From contig JBEBGB010000002.1 in the NCBI GenBank assembly GCA_040081675.1, positions 1 through 52,428 on the forward strand: a DNA stretch of 52,428 nucleotides. The letters are read 5' to 3'. The notes beneath the pieces were generated by a model. The model did not search any database. It was not told where the DNA came from and was given only the letters and a program-made list of their open reading frames with translations. Every line of letters starts with the position of its first letter. Position 1 is the first letter of the stretch. The DNA comes from Vicinamibacterales bacterium (GTDB lineage: Bacteria; Acidobacteriota; Vicinamibacteria; Vicinamibacterales; CAVVIG01). A program made the translations under genes and the position numbers. This document shows, one piece after another, positions 26,408-35,900 of the stretch.

Positions 26408-28530
26408 TACTTATCCACCCGCGTCGGATCCCGGTACGGTTGCCGCCCTCGATACCTGACGAGGCGCTGTTGCAGCAGCCGACGTGCCTCGTCGCCACCG
26501 GGTGCTTGATCCGGAATGAGTTGGAGCGCTGCGTCCACAGTGCTTGCCGCCTCCGTGTAGCGTTCGGACGCCGCGTAGGCCGCGGCAAGCGCGTCGAGCG
26601 CCCGCACGTCTGTCCCATTGGTGAGATCCCGCGCACGTTCGGCATACCTGGTCGCATCGAGCGGATTCCTCAATGCGCTCGACGGCGACGTCGCCAGTGT
26701 CCATGCCAGCTCAGTCAACGCCTCGGGCAACGCGGGGTTTGCACTGAGCGCTGCCCGATACTCCGTGACAGCCTCAGTCACCCGTCCCTCTTGCATGAGG
26801 ATGCCCGCGAGATTCGCATGGGCGGCTGCGTTGGACGGTGCGAGTTGCAGCGCCCGCCTCAGCTCGGTCGTCGCGGCCTGTGCCTCGCCGTTCGAGCGCA
26901 ACAGCGCGCCAAGATTCACGCGCGCACCGACGTGCGTCGGATCGGCGGCAAGCGTTTCTCTGAGGTGCGCGATCGCGTCGCCGGTGCGCCCCTGCCACGC
27001 CAATGCCGTCGCGAGGTTGTAGTGCGCTTCGACTGACCGCGGATCGAGGCCGAGCGCCCGTTCGAGATGGTCGACGCCGCGAGAGGTCTGCCCGAGCGTC
27101 AGGAAAATCGCCGCCGCCGCTTCGTGCAGACGTGGATTGCCGGGCTCGGCTTCGAGCAAGGTCTCGAAACCCACGGCGTCCTCGCCGAGGACTTTCTGTC
27201 CGGCATCCGCGAGGAGTCGCGCACGCGTACGTTCGTCAGGCGCCACGAGTTGAAACCAGACGTCGCCCATCTCGTCGTTGCTGTTCTGGCCCCAGCGTAC
27301 GCGGCGAGGAGGAAAGTCGGGATTGCGTGGATTGGACGCGCTGTTGTCGAAGCGATAGGTCATGCGCAGGACCGACCCCGCCGGTAGTCGTACCGGGTCC
27401 GCATAGCGGTACTGGTCCTGCCAGTCGAAGTCCCAGCTGGCGATGTGCAGCAACTGGCGAATCGATCCGTCGGGCAGCTGCGCAGACGCGCTCACTTCGC
27501 GAGCGCGAAAGTGCGCGTGCGGCTGAATGGCCAGCAGTTCTGCAGCAACCGGCAGCCGGTAGGAGTCCTCGACGTGGTAGTCGTTGACGCCTGCTCGCAG
27601 GTCGATATCCTGCTTGCCGAGCCGCACCATCACCGGCGTGTGCTTCGGCACTTCGTCGGTGAAGAACAAGCCGATACGCACCTGCACTCGTTCCTGCCGG
27701 TCGGTCGGACGCAGATGCAACTGCACCACGAGGTCGCTGCCCGCGTCGAGCCACCACGCACTGTCGCCGCCGAGCATCGGCGGTAACTGACCGGGCGTCC
27801 ACCCGAGGAACTGACCGCCTGGGTACTCCGCGCCGGCATTCAGTCGTCCGTCGAACCCTGGCTCGGCGTCCGCGCCGTCCGCAGTTCGCGCCGCTCGTGC
27901 TCGATCGACTCGAATGTTCGCGTGGTGCACGACCCGTGCGTTGCCGGGTCGGAACTCGAGCCCGCGTACGTAGCGACCCGCGGGCAGATTCAGCGGAATT
28001 ACGAAATTACGAAGGATGTCTCGGCCGCCGGCTGCCACGACATACGGCTCGTTCATCGAGACGACGAGATCGGGCTGGCCGAGTTGCCATCCGTCGGGGA
28101 AGGTCGGCGCAGCTGGGAGATCAGCTGGCGCACCTTCGAGGGCTCCTCCAGCGGCCCAGCGCTCGATGAGATCGATGGCGTGCTCATCAAGACCGCGAGC
28201 GCCAAGAAGGGAAGCGCCGGGAATGGCGTCCGGTTTCCACGGCGGCATGGCGCGAAGGCGGGTTGCGCGGGCGATGGCGGCAGCACGTGGCCGAACATCA
28301 GCGAACGACAGCAGGCTGAAACCGCCCACTTCACCGGGTCGATGACACGTCGCGCAGTGCGCGAACAGGATCGGCGCGATATCGCGTGAGAAGGTGGGGA
28401 CTTGCTGAGCCACACCCGGAGAGGAGGTCAGTAGACCCAGCACCGAGGCGAACACGACAAGCCGGAGCGATCGCGCGATGTGCCGACCACGTGGTGTCTC
28501 TGCGCGCGCCGAGAGGTGTGCGTTCGCCAT
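26407..28530 (-). CDS. Secreted monohaem cytochrome c (PSCyt-like) + PHM/DBH-type two-copper monooxygenase-like domain + C-terminal TPR array
   Basis: The preferred start is ATG 28530 (MANAHLS...), followed by the signal peptide LVVFASVLGLLTSSPGVAQQ. The haem motif CATCH is at 28356..28342. The HH codons are at 27927..27922, QLHLRP follows, HAH is at 27519..27511, and the Met of NDEMGDVW is at 27270..27268. The order and spacing of these ligands match the CuH/CuM ligands of peptidylglycine monooxygenase. Several TPR-like repeats follow (AHYNLATALAWQGRTGDAIAHLRETL... and others). Confidence 0.75.
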   Translation of the reverse strand: MANAHLSARAETPRGRHIARSLRLVVFASVLGLLTSSPGVAQQVPTFSRDIAPILFAHCATCHRPGEVGGFSLLSFADVRPRAAAIARATRLRAMPPWKPDAIPGASLLGARGLDEHAIDLIERWAAGGALEGAPADLPAAPTFPDGWQLGQPDLVVSMNEPYVVAAGGRDILRNFVIPLNLPAGRYVRGLEFRPGNARVVHHANIRVDRARAARTADGADAEPGFDGRLNAGAEYPGGQFLGWTPGQLPPMLGGDSAWWLDAGSDLVVQLHLRPTDRQERVQVRIGLFFTDEVPKHTPVMVRLGKQDIDLRAGVNDYHVEDSYRLPVAAELLAIQPHAHFRAREVSASAQLPDGSIRQLLHIASWDFDWQDQYRYADPVRLPAGSVLRMTYRFDNSASNPRNPDFPPRRVRWGQNSNDEMGDVWFQLVAPDERTRARLLADAGQKVLGEDAVGFETLLEAEPGNPRLHEAAAAIFLTLGQTSRGVDHLERALGLDPRSVEAHYNLATALAWQGRTGDAIAHLRETLAADPTHVGARVNLGALLRSNGEAQAATTELRRALQLAPSNAAAHANLAGILMQEGRVTEAVTEYRAALSANPALPEALTELAWTLATSPSSALRNPLDATRYAERARDLTNGTDVRALDALAAAYAASERYTEAASTVDAALQLIPDQAPGGDEARRLLQQRLVRYRGRQPYRDPTRVDK

Positions 28531-28593
28531 GACCGACTGTATCTGTGCCGCATTCTGGCATACGCGACGGCATCGAGCCCGTTCCTGGCACAG

Positions 28594-28674
28594 CCATCTT
28601 CTATGGCCGCGATGGCCACAATCGAAGCAAATTTTCAGTCGGCCATGGAAGATGGCCGCCCCGCGGAGCGGGGC
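28594..28674 (-). other. Structured segment in the likely 5' leader of the cytochrome/monooxygenase gene
   Basis: CCATCTTCTATGGCC (28594..28608) pairs with GGCCATGGAAGATGG (28641..28655), a 14/15 complement. The hairpin GCCCCGC-GGA-GCGGGGC follows immediately at 28658..28674. Confidence 0.35.
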
Positions 28675-28805
28675 CAGCAAGCGCTGTCCGAAGGACGCCA
28701 GCGAAGCGCGACCCGCGCCTCCCGTCCCTAGCCGGTGAGGCGCTTCGCTGGTGGCCTGGTACCGGGTAGTGGCCGGTGCACCTGAGCGTGTAGACTCGCG
28801 AGGCG

Positions 28806-31800
28806 ATGACTCAAATCCTGTTTCTCCTGGCGTACGCGTGCTCCGGCCTCGCCGGCCTCGTGTACGAGGTGAGCTGGACGCGACTCATGACGCTCGAGAT
28901 GGGACGTGGCACCGCGGCCTCGAGTACGGTCCTGGCCGCGTTCATGGGCGGTCTTGCACTGGGCGCTGCACTCGCAGGACGCTGGGCGGGGCGTTTGTCG
29001 GCGTCGCGCGCGCTGCGCGTGTACGCCGCACTGGAACTCAGCGTCGCCGTGCTCGCGGTCGCGCTGCCATTTGAACTTCGAGCCCTGACGCCGGTCTTCG
29101 CCGCCGCCTATCGAGACGGTGCCGGCGGCATGACCTTCGGCCTGGTCCGCCTGGTGGCCTCGCTCGCGCTGCTGCTTCTGCCCGCCATGGCTCTCGGCGC
29201 AACTTTTCCCGTTGCCATACGCTGGTTTGCGAGCGAGCGTCAGCAGGCGTCGAGGCTGGCCGGGCGCCTCTATGCCGCGAACACTGTCGGTGCCGCGGTC
29301 GGCTCAGCGCTCGCCGGCTTCATTCTGCTGCCTGCGATCGGCGTCTTCGGTACGCTCATGACTGGTGCCGCGGCGAGCCTGGCGGCGGCCGCGGCGGCGC
29401 TGGTGCTTGCCACGAAGCAGACAGCGATTGACGCGGCCATCACGACTCACGCACCAACGACCGAACAGAGTGCTCGTCCGGCCCGCGCGCAAGGGAAGTC
29501 GCGTTCCGAGCGGTCTCGCCCGGAGCGCGCGCGCAGCGTTGTACACCCAGAGGAGAGGCCTCGCCCCTCGCTGGCCGCTGCGTTGCTTGCCATCACCGGT
29601 GCCGCAACCTTTTCGGCGGAGGTCGCCTGGACGCGAGTGTTCTCGCTGCTGATTGGTCCCTCCACCTATGCGTTTGCGGCGACTGTCGCGACCTTCGTCG
29701 CCGGCCTGGCCATCGGTGCCACGATCGCGTCGCTGGTGTCCGCGCGCACACGCCACCCGGCAGCGGTTGCCGCTTTGTGCTTCGCACTGGCATCGGTCGC
29801 GTCTGTCTGGGCGACCAATGCCGCAGGAACGTCATTGCCGCGCGAGGTTGCCCTCGAGTTCGTGACGTCGCCTGACGTCTCGATCGTCGCGCGCGGGTTG
29901 CGCCTGGCCGTGGTGATTCTGCCGATGGCCATCGCCATCGGCGCAGCCTTTCCGATTGCCCTGCAACTGGCCAGCGACGCCCACGCTTCGCCTCTGACGC
30001 TTGGCCTTGTCTACGCGGTGAACACGATTGCCGGAGTGTGCGGCTCGCTCTTGACGGGCTTCGTGCTGATTCCGATGTTCGGTCTCGAGCACACACTCAC
30101 GATGGTTGCGGGTCTGCTGGCTGCAGGTGCGTTGGTGGCGGCGCTCGGCAGTCGCACGTCCGCGCTTGTGCGCGGACTTGTCGTCGCGCCTCTGGCCGCC
30201 GCGCTGCTGATGTTCGTCGGCCGCGGACCGTGGGATCGCGATCTGCTCGCGAGCGGTGCGTACAAATATGCCTCTGCGATTGCGCCGGGGCTGGACGTGG
30301 AGTCGGCGCTGACGTTCGGCACCCTGGTGTACTACCGCGACGGTGCAACGGCGACCGTGTCGGTGAAGCGGCTCACGGGCGCGTTGTCGCTCGCCATCGA
30401 CGGGAAGGTCGATGCGTCAACCGGTGGCGACATGCTGACGCAGAAGTTACTGGCGCATCTGCCCCTGCTCCTGCACGGCGACGCCAAAGACGTCTGCATC
30501 ATCGGTCTGGGTAGCGGCATCACTGTGGCATCCGCGCTGACTCACGGTGTCACCGACGTCGACGTCCTCGAAATCTCGCCAGAGGTAGCTGAAGCGTCTC
30601 GCCTCTTCGCGCAAGACGGGAAGTCTCCCCTCGACGACCCTCGTACCCGCCTGTTGGTTGCCGATGGGCGCACGCACCTGGCGCTCTCCGACCGCACGTA
30701 TGACGTCATCGTGGCCGAGCCGTCAAACCCGTGGATGGCCGGCGTAGCCGCGCTGTTCACGCGCGAATTCTTCGAGTCGGCGCGGCTCCGCTTGTCGGAC
30801 CATGGTGTGATCTGCCAGTGGGTGAACACGTACGACATCAGCCCGGACGATCTGAAGTCCGTGGTCGCGACGTTCACGAGCGTCTTCCCACACGCCACGT
30901 TGTGGTTGGCTGGCGACGGCGACCTCCTGTTGCTCGGGTCGACGGACCCCATGGAGCCCAGAATCGACCACCTGGCGGAGCGGTGGGCGGCGGGCGCCGC
31001 CTCGACCGACCTGAAAACAGTCGGAGTGATGTCATCGTTCGAGTTGCTGTCGATGTTTGTCGCAGGCGAGGAAGGGGCCGCTCGCTTCGGGAGTGGCGCC
31101 GCGTTGCAGACCGACGACAAGATGGCGCTCGAGTTCTCTGCGCCTCGCGCGCTTCATACCGCTTCTCAGAAGGACAACGTCCGCACGCTTCGATCACTCG
31201 AGCCGTTGGACCGCCGACCTGCGGCGGTCGTTCGAGCGTGGGCGCAGGCCACGGGTGAGGACCATGCGCACCGGTCGGCGATCTTTCGGCGGGCCGGCGC
31301 ATTCGAGGCTGCCTATGACGCCGCTCGCACCGCCATCGAGAAGGCGCCGGGAAGCAGCGACGCCCTGCAAGCGCTGGTAGAAGCGTCGGCGCCTCTTGCG
31401 CGCCAGTCGGATGCGGTCGCGTTGCTCACGTCGACGGTGAGCAGTCACCCTGAACTCGTGGCTCCGAGGGTGGCGCTATCGCGGCTCCACGCGTCGATGG
31501 GCGCGATCGACGCTGCCATTGCCGACGTCAGCGGCATCGCTTCGCAACGTCCAGACGAGAGCGCAGCCCTCGAACAACTGGCGTCGATCTTCGCCGACGT
31601 CGGCGACGCCGGCCGGCTTGGCGCCGTCGTGACTGCGTTGAGCCGACACCCCGAACGTTCGGGCACCGCCTATTACACCGCCGCGCACCACTTCCTTCGC
31701 GGCGAGCTCGAGCCCGCTTTGGCTGCGGCACAGCGAGCCGTCTCGCTCGATCCTCGCTTTGCCCGTGCGCAGAATCTGGTCGGGGCGATCTATGCCACGC

Positions 31801-32009
31801 GAGGAGATGCCGCGTCCGCGCGGAAGGCCTTCGAGGCGTCGCTCGTGTTGGACTCGCAGGATCCGGCTACCTACCAGAATCTCGCGCTTCTCGAGCTGAA
31901 CACGGGCAACGCCGCAAGCGCCGCGCGTCTGTTCGGCGAGGCGTTGTCGCTCGATCCCTCGTCGGACGGAGCGCGTCAGGGACTGGCGCGAGCCCGCGCC
32001 GCACTTTGA
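28806..32009 (+). CDS. Fused polytopic membrane (MFS-like) / spermidine-synthase-like methyltransferase-fold protein with C-terminal TPR repeats
   Basis: The N-terminus LAYACSGLAGLVYEVSWTRLMTLEMG begins roughly 12 TM segments. The SpeE-like core has VCIIGLGSGITV (GxGxG), DVIVAEPSNPW and ICQWV. The C-terminal ~250 aa are TPR-like. Confidence 0.8.
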   Translation: MTQILFLLAYACSGLAGLVYEVSWTRLMTLEMGRGTAASSTVLAAFMGGLALGAALAGRWAGRLSASRALRVYAALELSVAVLAVALPFELRALTPVFAAAYRDGAGGMTFGLVRLVASLALLLLPAMALGATFPVAIRWFASERQQASRLAGRLYAANTVGAAVGSALAGFILLPAIGVFGTLMTGAAASLAAAAAALVLATKQTAIDAAITTHAPTTEQSARPARAQGKSRSERSRPERARSVVHPEERPRPSLAAALLAITGAATFSAEVAWTRVFSLLIGPSTYAFAATVATFVAGLAIGATIASLVSARTRHPAAVAALCFALASVASVWATNAAGTSLPREVALEFVTSPDVSIVARGLRLAVVILPMAIAIGAAFPIALQLASDAHASPLTLGLVYAVNTIAGVCGSLLTGFVLIPMFGLEHTLTMVAGLLAAGALVAALGSRTSALVRGLVVAPLAAALLMFVGRGPWDRDLLASGAYKYASAIAPGLDVESALTFGTLVYYRDGATATVSVKRLTGALSLAIDGKVDASTGGDMLTQKLLAHLPLLLHGDAKDVCIIGLGSGITVASALTHGVTDVDVLEISPEVAEASRLFAQDGKSPLDDPRTRLLVADGRTHLALSDRTYDVIVAEPSNPWMAGVAALFTREFFESARLRLSDHGVICQWVNTYDISPDDLKSVVATFTSVFPHATLWLAGDGDLLLLGSTDPMEPRIDHLAERWAAGAASTDLKTVGVMSSFELLSMFVAGEEGAARFGSGAALQTDDKMALEFSAPRALHTASQKDNVRTLRSLEPLDRRPAAVVRAWAQATGEDHAHRSAIFRRAGAFEAAYDAARTAIEKAPGSSDALQALVEASAPLARQSDAVALLTSTVSSHPELVAPRVALSRLHASMGAIDAAIADVSGIASQRPDESAALEQLASIFADVGDAGRLGAVVTALSRHPERSGTAYYTAAHHFLRGELEPALAAAQRAVSLDPRFARAQNLVGAIYATRGDAASARKAFEASLVLDSQDPATYQNLALLELNTGNAASAARLFGEALSLDPSSDGARQGLARARAAL

Positions 32010-32087
32010 CGTGTCCCCGGAACCCAGCCGTAGCTTCGCCGGCCGCCACCACGCCGCCTTCGCCGCTCGGTGCGTCGGCCGTCCACG

Positions 32088-32798
32088 CTACTTCGATGTA
32101 CTCCACTGATCCGCGACCCACGCGAGCGCACGTCCAAGCGCGGGCACGTAAGCGCCCATGTCGAAATGTGTAGGTTCAGTGAGCGCGTCGAACCGCACCA
32201 CTCGACCCAGGCGCTCGAGTTGCTGCGCGTTTCGCTCCGCTGGTGTGAAGGGCACGATCTGGTCTCGGCGACTGTGAATGATGTAGGTCGGCATCGTCGC
32301 CAGCGTCTCGATCGGCTCATCACCGACGGCCGCGGCCATCGGCACGGCAGCCGTGAAGAGATCGCGATGGTGGGACGCCATGAACCACGTCCCTCGACCG
32401 CCCATGCTGAAGCCGACCACGACGATGCGACGCCGGTCTACCGCGTACTCGCCAAGGACGCGCTCGACGAGCGCCATGACCGCGGTGTCCGATGCGACGT
32501 CCGACCAGGCAGCGGTCGGGCAGTCTGGCGCGACGATGATCGCACCCAGAGTGGCTGCGGCGGGCGCGACGACCATGCGGGCATACGCGCTGCCGTAGTA
32601 GCGCATCCGCTCGCCGCCCGGGTGCAGCGCCAGCAGTAGCGGTCTCTCCTGTCCGGGTGTGTAGCCATCGGGCACCGAGAGTCCGTATCGAAGCTCTCCG
32701 CCGCCGGGGAGCGGCATCGAGAGGTTGCGGATCTCCGCGGCGCGAGAACTGCCGGACATCACGAACAACATCGACATGGCAACAAGCAGTACGCGCAT
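32088..32798 (-). CDS. Secreted alpha/beta-hydrolase (esterase / depolymerase-like)
   Basis: It has the signal peptide MRVLLVAMSMLFVMSGSSRA. The nucleophile elbow is GFSMGG, and IIHSRRDQIVP and HFD are also present. Confidence 0.75.
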   Translation of the reverse strand: MRVLLVAMSMLFVMSGSSRAAEIRNLSMPLPGGGELRYGLSVPDGYTPGQERPLLLALHPGGERMRYYGSAYARMVVAPAAATLGAIIVAPDCPTAAWSDVASDTAVMALVERVLGEYAVDRRRIVVVGFSMGGRGTWFMASHHRDLFTAAVPMAAAVGDEPIETLATMPTYIIHSRRDQIVPFTPAERNAQQLERLGRVVRFDALTEPTHFDMGAYVPALGRALAWVADQWSTSK

Positions 32799-32945
32799 GG
32801 CCCGTGATTGTAGCGCGGGGCGAGCGCCAAGTACTGCGGTCGGATGGAGAGCGACGGCGTGCCGTCAGACGTCTCGACGTTCAGACTCGGCTTGCGGAGA
32901 TCGATGTGTTGATCGCAACGCCAGCCGGATGGGCAGCTGTGCCAA

Positions 32946-35900
32946 CTATTCGGCCGCGCGTCCCTGGATCCGGTCGCACTGGTTCAGCGCAACCTCCTGC
33001 CGTTCGAGCAGCTGGTGGTACTGATAGTCGGCGTCTCCCAGGAACTGCACGAGCGTCTCACGCAGGTGGAGCACAGCCTTGTGATCGGACTCGAGCGAGC
33101 CCTGCAGCTCGGACCACTGTTCGACCAGTGCCTTCTGCATGGCCACTTCTCTGTCGAGTCCGGCGGAGCGGTGACGTTCTGTCTCCAGAGTCGCCAGCAG
33201 TTGGGCGTGTTCCGTCCGAGCAATATCTGCCTGTTGCGCCGCCGCGGCCCGTTCCGTCGACAGGGTCGCCTCGACGAGGAGCAACCGTGAGCGGGCTTCA
33301 TCGATGACAGTCGCCAGGGCACGCAGTTCAGTCTGCAGCCGCTCGATGGTTGTTGTCAGCTCGCGATTCTCGGCTCGCAGCGCATCAATCGTGGCGCTGT
33401 CGCGTTGGCTGCGTTCCTCGGACCCGCGCAGCTCCGCCTTGAGACGCCGCAGTTCGGCATCGGTCGTATCGCAGCGACCCGTGACTGCATGCAGCACCCT
33501 TGTGAGTTGCTCGCGCTCTTCGACGAATTGCTGTTCCACCACCATGGCTCGATCGAGCTGCTCACGCAGCTGCGTCTGCAGGGTCGCGTGCTCGGCGACG
33601 AGCTGCGAGTGCGCCACGTGGGCATCCGCGGCGTCGGCCCTTGCCGCCCGCAGCGCTTCTGCGGCCTGCTCGGCGGACTCGCGCAACGTGCGTTCGAGCT
33701 GACCTCGCACCGCCACCAACTGGTCGTGTTCCTTGCGAAGCGCTCCGATCTCCGTCTTTGCGTCTCGAATTGCCACGGCTGACCGATCCGCGGAATCGAG
33801 CAGCTTCGCCTCGAGCTGTCCGCGTGCGGCGCGGAGATTCTCGATCTCGCCCTGCGCGGCGCGCAAGGCCGCCGACGACTCTTCGGTCGTGGTCTGCAGG
33901 GTCGCGGCGAGTTGCGTCCTGGCCGCGGCCAGCTGCTCGCGCTCCTGACGAACCTGCTCGAGGTCGGTCTTTGTCTGGCGCAGGGCCGCAGCCGTCTCCT
34001 CGGCGGCGTCGGAGGTGGCTTGCAGTTTCGCCTCCACCCGGGCACGTGCCTCGGACAACTGGGCGTGGTCGTTCCGCAGGGCGTCGATGTCCGCCTTCGC
34101 GCGACGCAGCGCTGCGCCCGCCAGATCGGCGCTCTCGGTCGTATCCCGCAGGGTGGCTTCGAGCAGTGCGCGAGCCTCGGACATCTGCGCGTACTGCTTG
34201 CGGAGTACGTCGAGGTCGTGTTGCGCCTCGCGAGCCGCCTGCGCCGAACGCTCCGTAGTCGTCGTCAGCTGCACCTCGAGTAGCGCCCGAGCCTCGGATA
34301 CTTTGGAGTGATCCTTGCGGAGCGCGTCGAGCTCCTGTTGTGCTGCGCGGGCGGCCTGTGCCGAACGCTCGGTCGTGTCGCGCAGTGTGGCTTCGAGCAG
34401 CGCGCGAGCTTCGGAGACTCGCGTGTGTTCCCTGCGGAGTGTGTCGAGTTCGTGCTGTGCCTCACGAGCGGCCTTCGCCGACCGTTCGGTTGACGCGTGC
34501 AACTGGATCTCCAGCTGCACTCGAGCGTCGGACACCTGCGCGTGGGCTGTACGAAGGGCCTCGAGTTCATGGTGGGCAGCGCGGGCAGCCTCGGTGGACC
34601 TTTCCGTGGCGGCTTGCAATTGAGCCTCGAGCTGCGCACGCGACTCGGACACACGCGTGTGTTCCTGATGGAGCGCCTCGAGCTCGATCTTTGCCGCGCG
34701 CAGCGCCTGTGCCGACGATTGTTCAGAGGCCCGCAGCTTGGCCGCGAGCTGCGTGCGTTCCTCCGCGAGAGCCGCGCGCTCTTGACCGAGCGCTTCGAGG
34801 TCGGTGTGTGCGAGACGCAGCGCACTGGTCGTGGTGTCCGAAATCTCACGGAGGCGCGCTTCGAATTTCGCACGCTCGTCCATTAGCTGCGTGCGCTCGC
34901 GGCGAACCGACTCGAGCTCCGCCTGCGTCGTCCGCAAGCCTGCGAGAGACTGCTCCGATCCTGCGGTTGCCGTGCGGAGCGCGGCCTCGAGTTGCGTGCG
35001 AGCGTCGAGGAGTTGTGCGCACTCGCGCCGAACGGTGTCGAGGTCGGATTCAGTGCGTCGGAGGTTCTCCGAAGCGACGAGGTGCCGTGCCTCGACCTGC
35101 GACCGTCCGTCAGCGAGTTGTGCCAGTTCCTGGCGGAGCGCCTCGGCCTCGTGCTGTCGCTGCTGCAGCATCGCGGCGGATGCTTCGGCCCTGTCTCGCA
35201 ACTCGCGCTGGAGCTGCGCGCGAGCGTCAGTGAGTTGCGCGTGTTCGCGGCGCAGCGTCTCGAGGTCGGACTCCGCGTGACGCAGGGTGTCTGCGATGTC
35301 GCGGTTCCTGGTCTCGAGTTGCACGCGGCTGTCGACGGCGCGAGCCAGCTCCTGACGAAGCATTTCGGCCTCGTGCTCACGCTGCTGAAGCGCAAGTGTC
35401 GAGGTGTCGGCGCCCTCTCGCAGCTTGGCTTCGAGCTGCGTGCGAACGTCCATCAGATCGGCGCACTCGCGGCGCAGCGACTCCAGGTCGGCCTCGGCGT
35501 TGCGGAGAGCGATCGCAGCGTTGTCCGAGACGTGGCGGTGCTGCCCCTCGAGTTGTGCCCGCTCTTCGACCCAGAGCTGGCGCTCGGCGCGAAGACTCTC
35601 GAGGTCGGTCTGTGTCTGGCGAAGGGCTCCCGCGAAATTCTCGGCCACCTCGCGCAATTGCTCTTCCAGATGGCGCCGCTCGTTCGACGTGCGCTCGAGT
35701 TCTTCGCGAACCGAGGCCGTGTCCGCGAAGGCCTGCTTCAGCGCCTCGCCGGTGCCGTCCGCGGCGTCGTGCAGCTGCGCTTCCAGCTGTGTCCGTTCCG
35801 CAGCCCACCGACTCCGCTCGTCTCGCACGGCTTCGACTTCGGTCTGTGCCTGGCGAAGCGCGCCGCCAATCGTCGCGGCGGCGTCGCGGAGTTGCGACTC

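Noticed and set aside
28531-28680. 50-codon N-terminal extension of the cytochrome/monooxygenase ORF (MLAPLRGAAIFHGRLKICFDCGHRGHRRWLCQ...)
   Set aside because: The extension is Cys/Arg-rich, unlike a signal peptide. The internal Met at 28530 is followed by a proper signal peptide. The extension also coincides with strong inverted repeats, which fits a leader RNA better.
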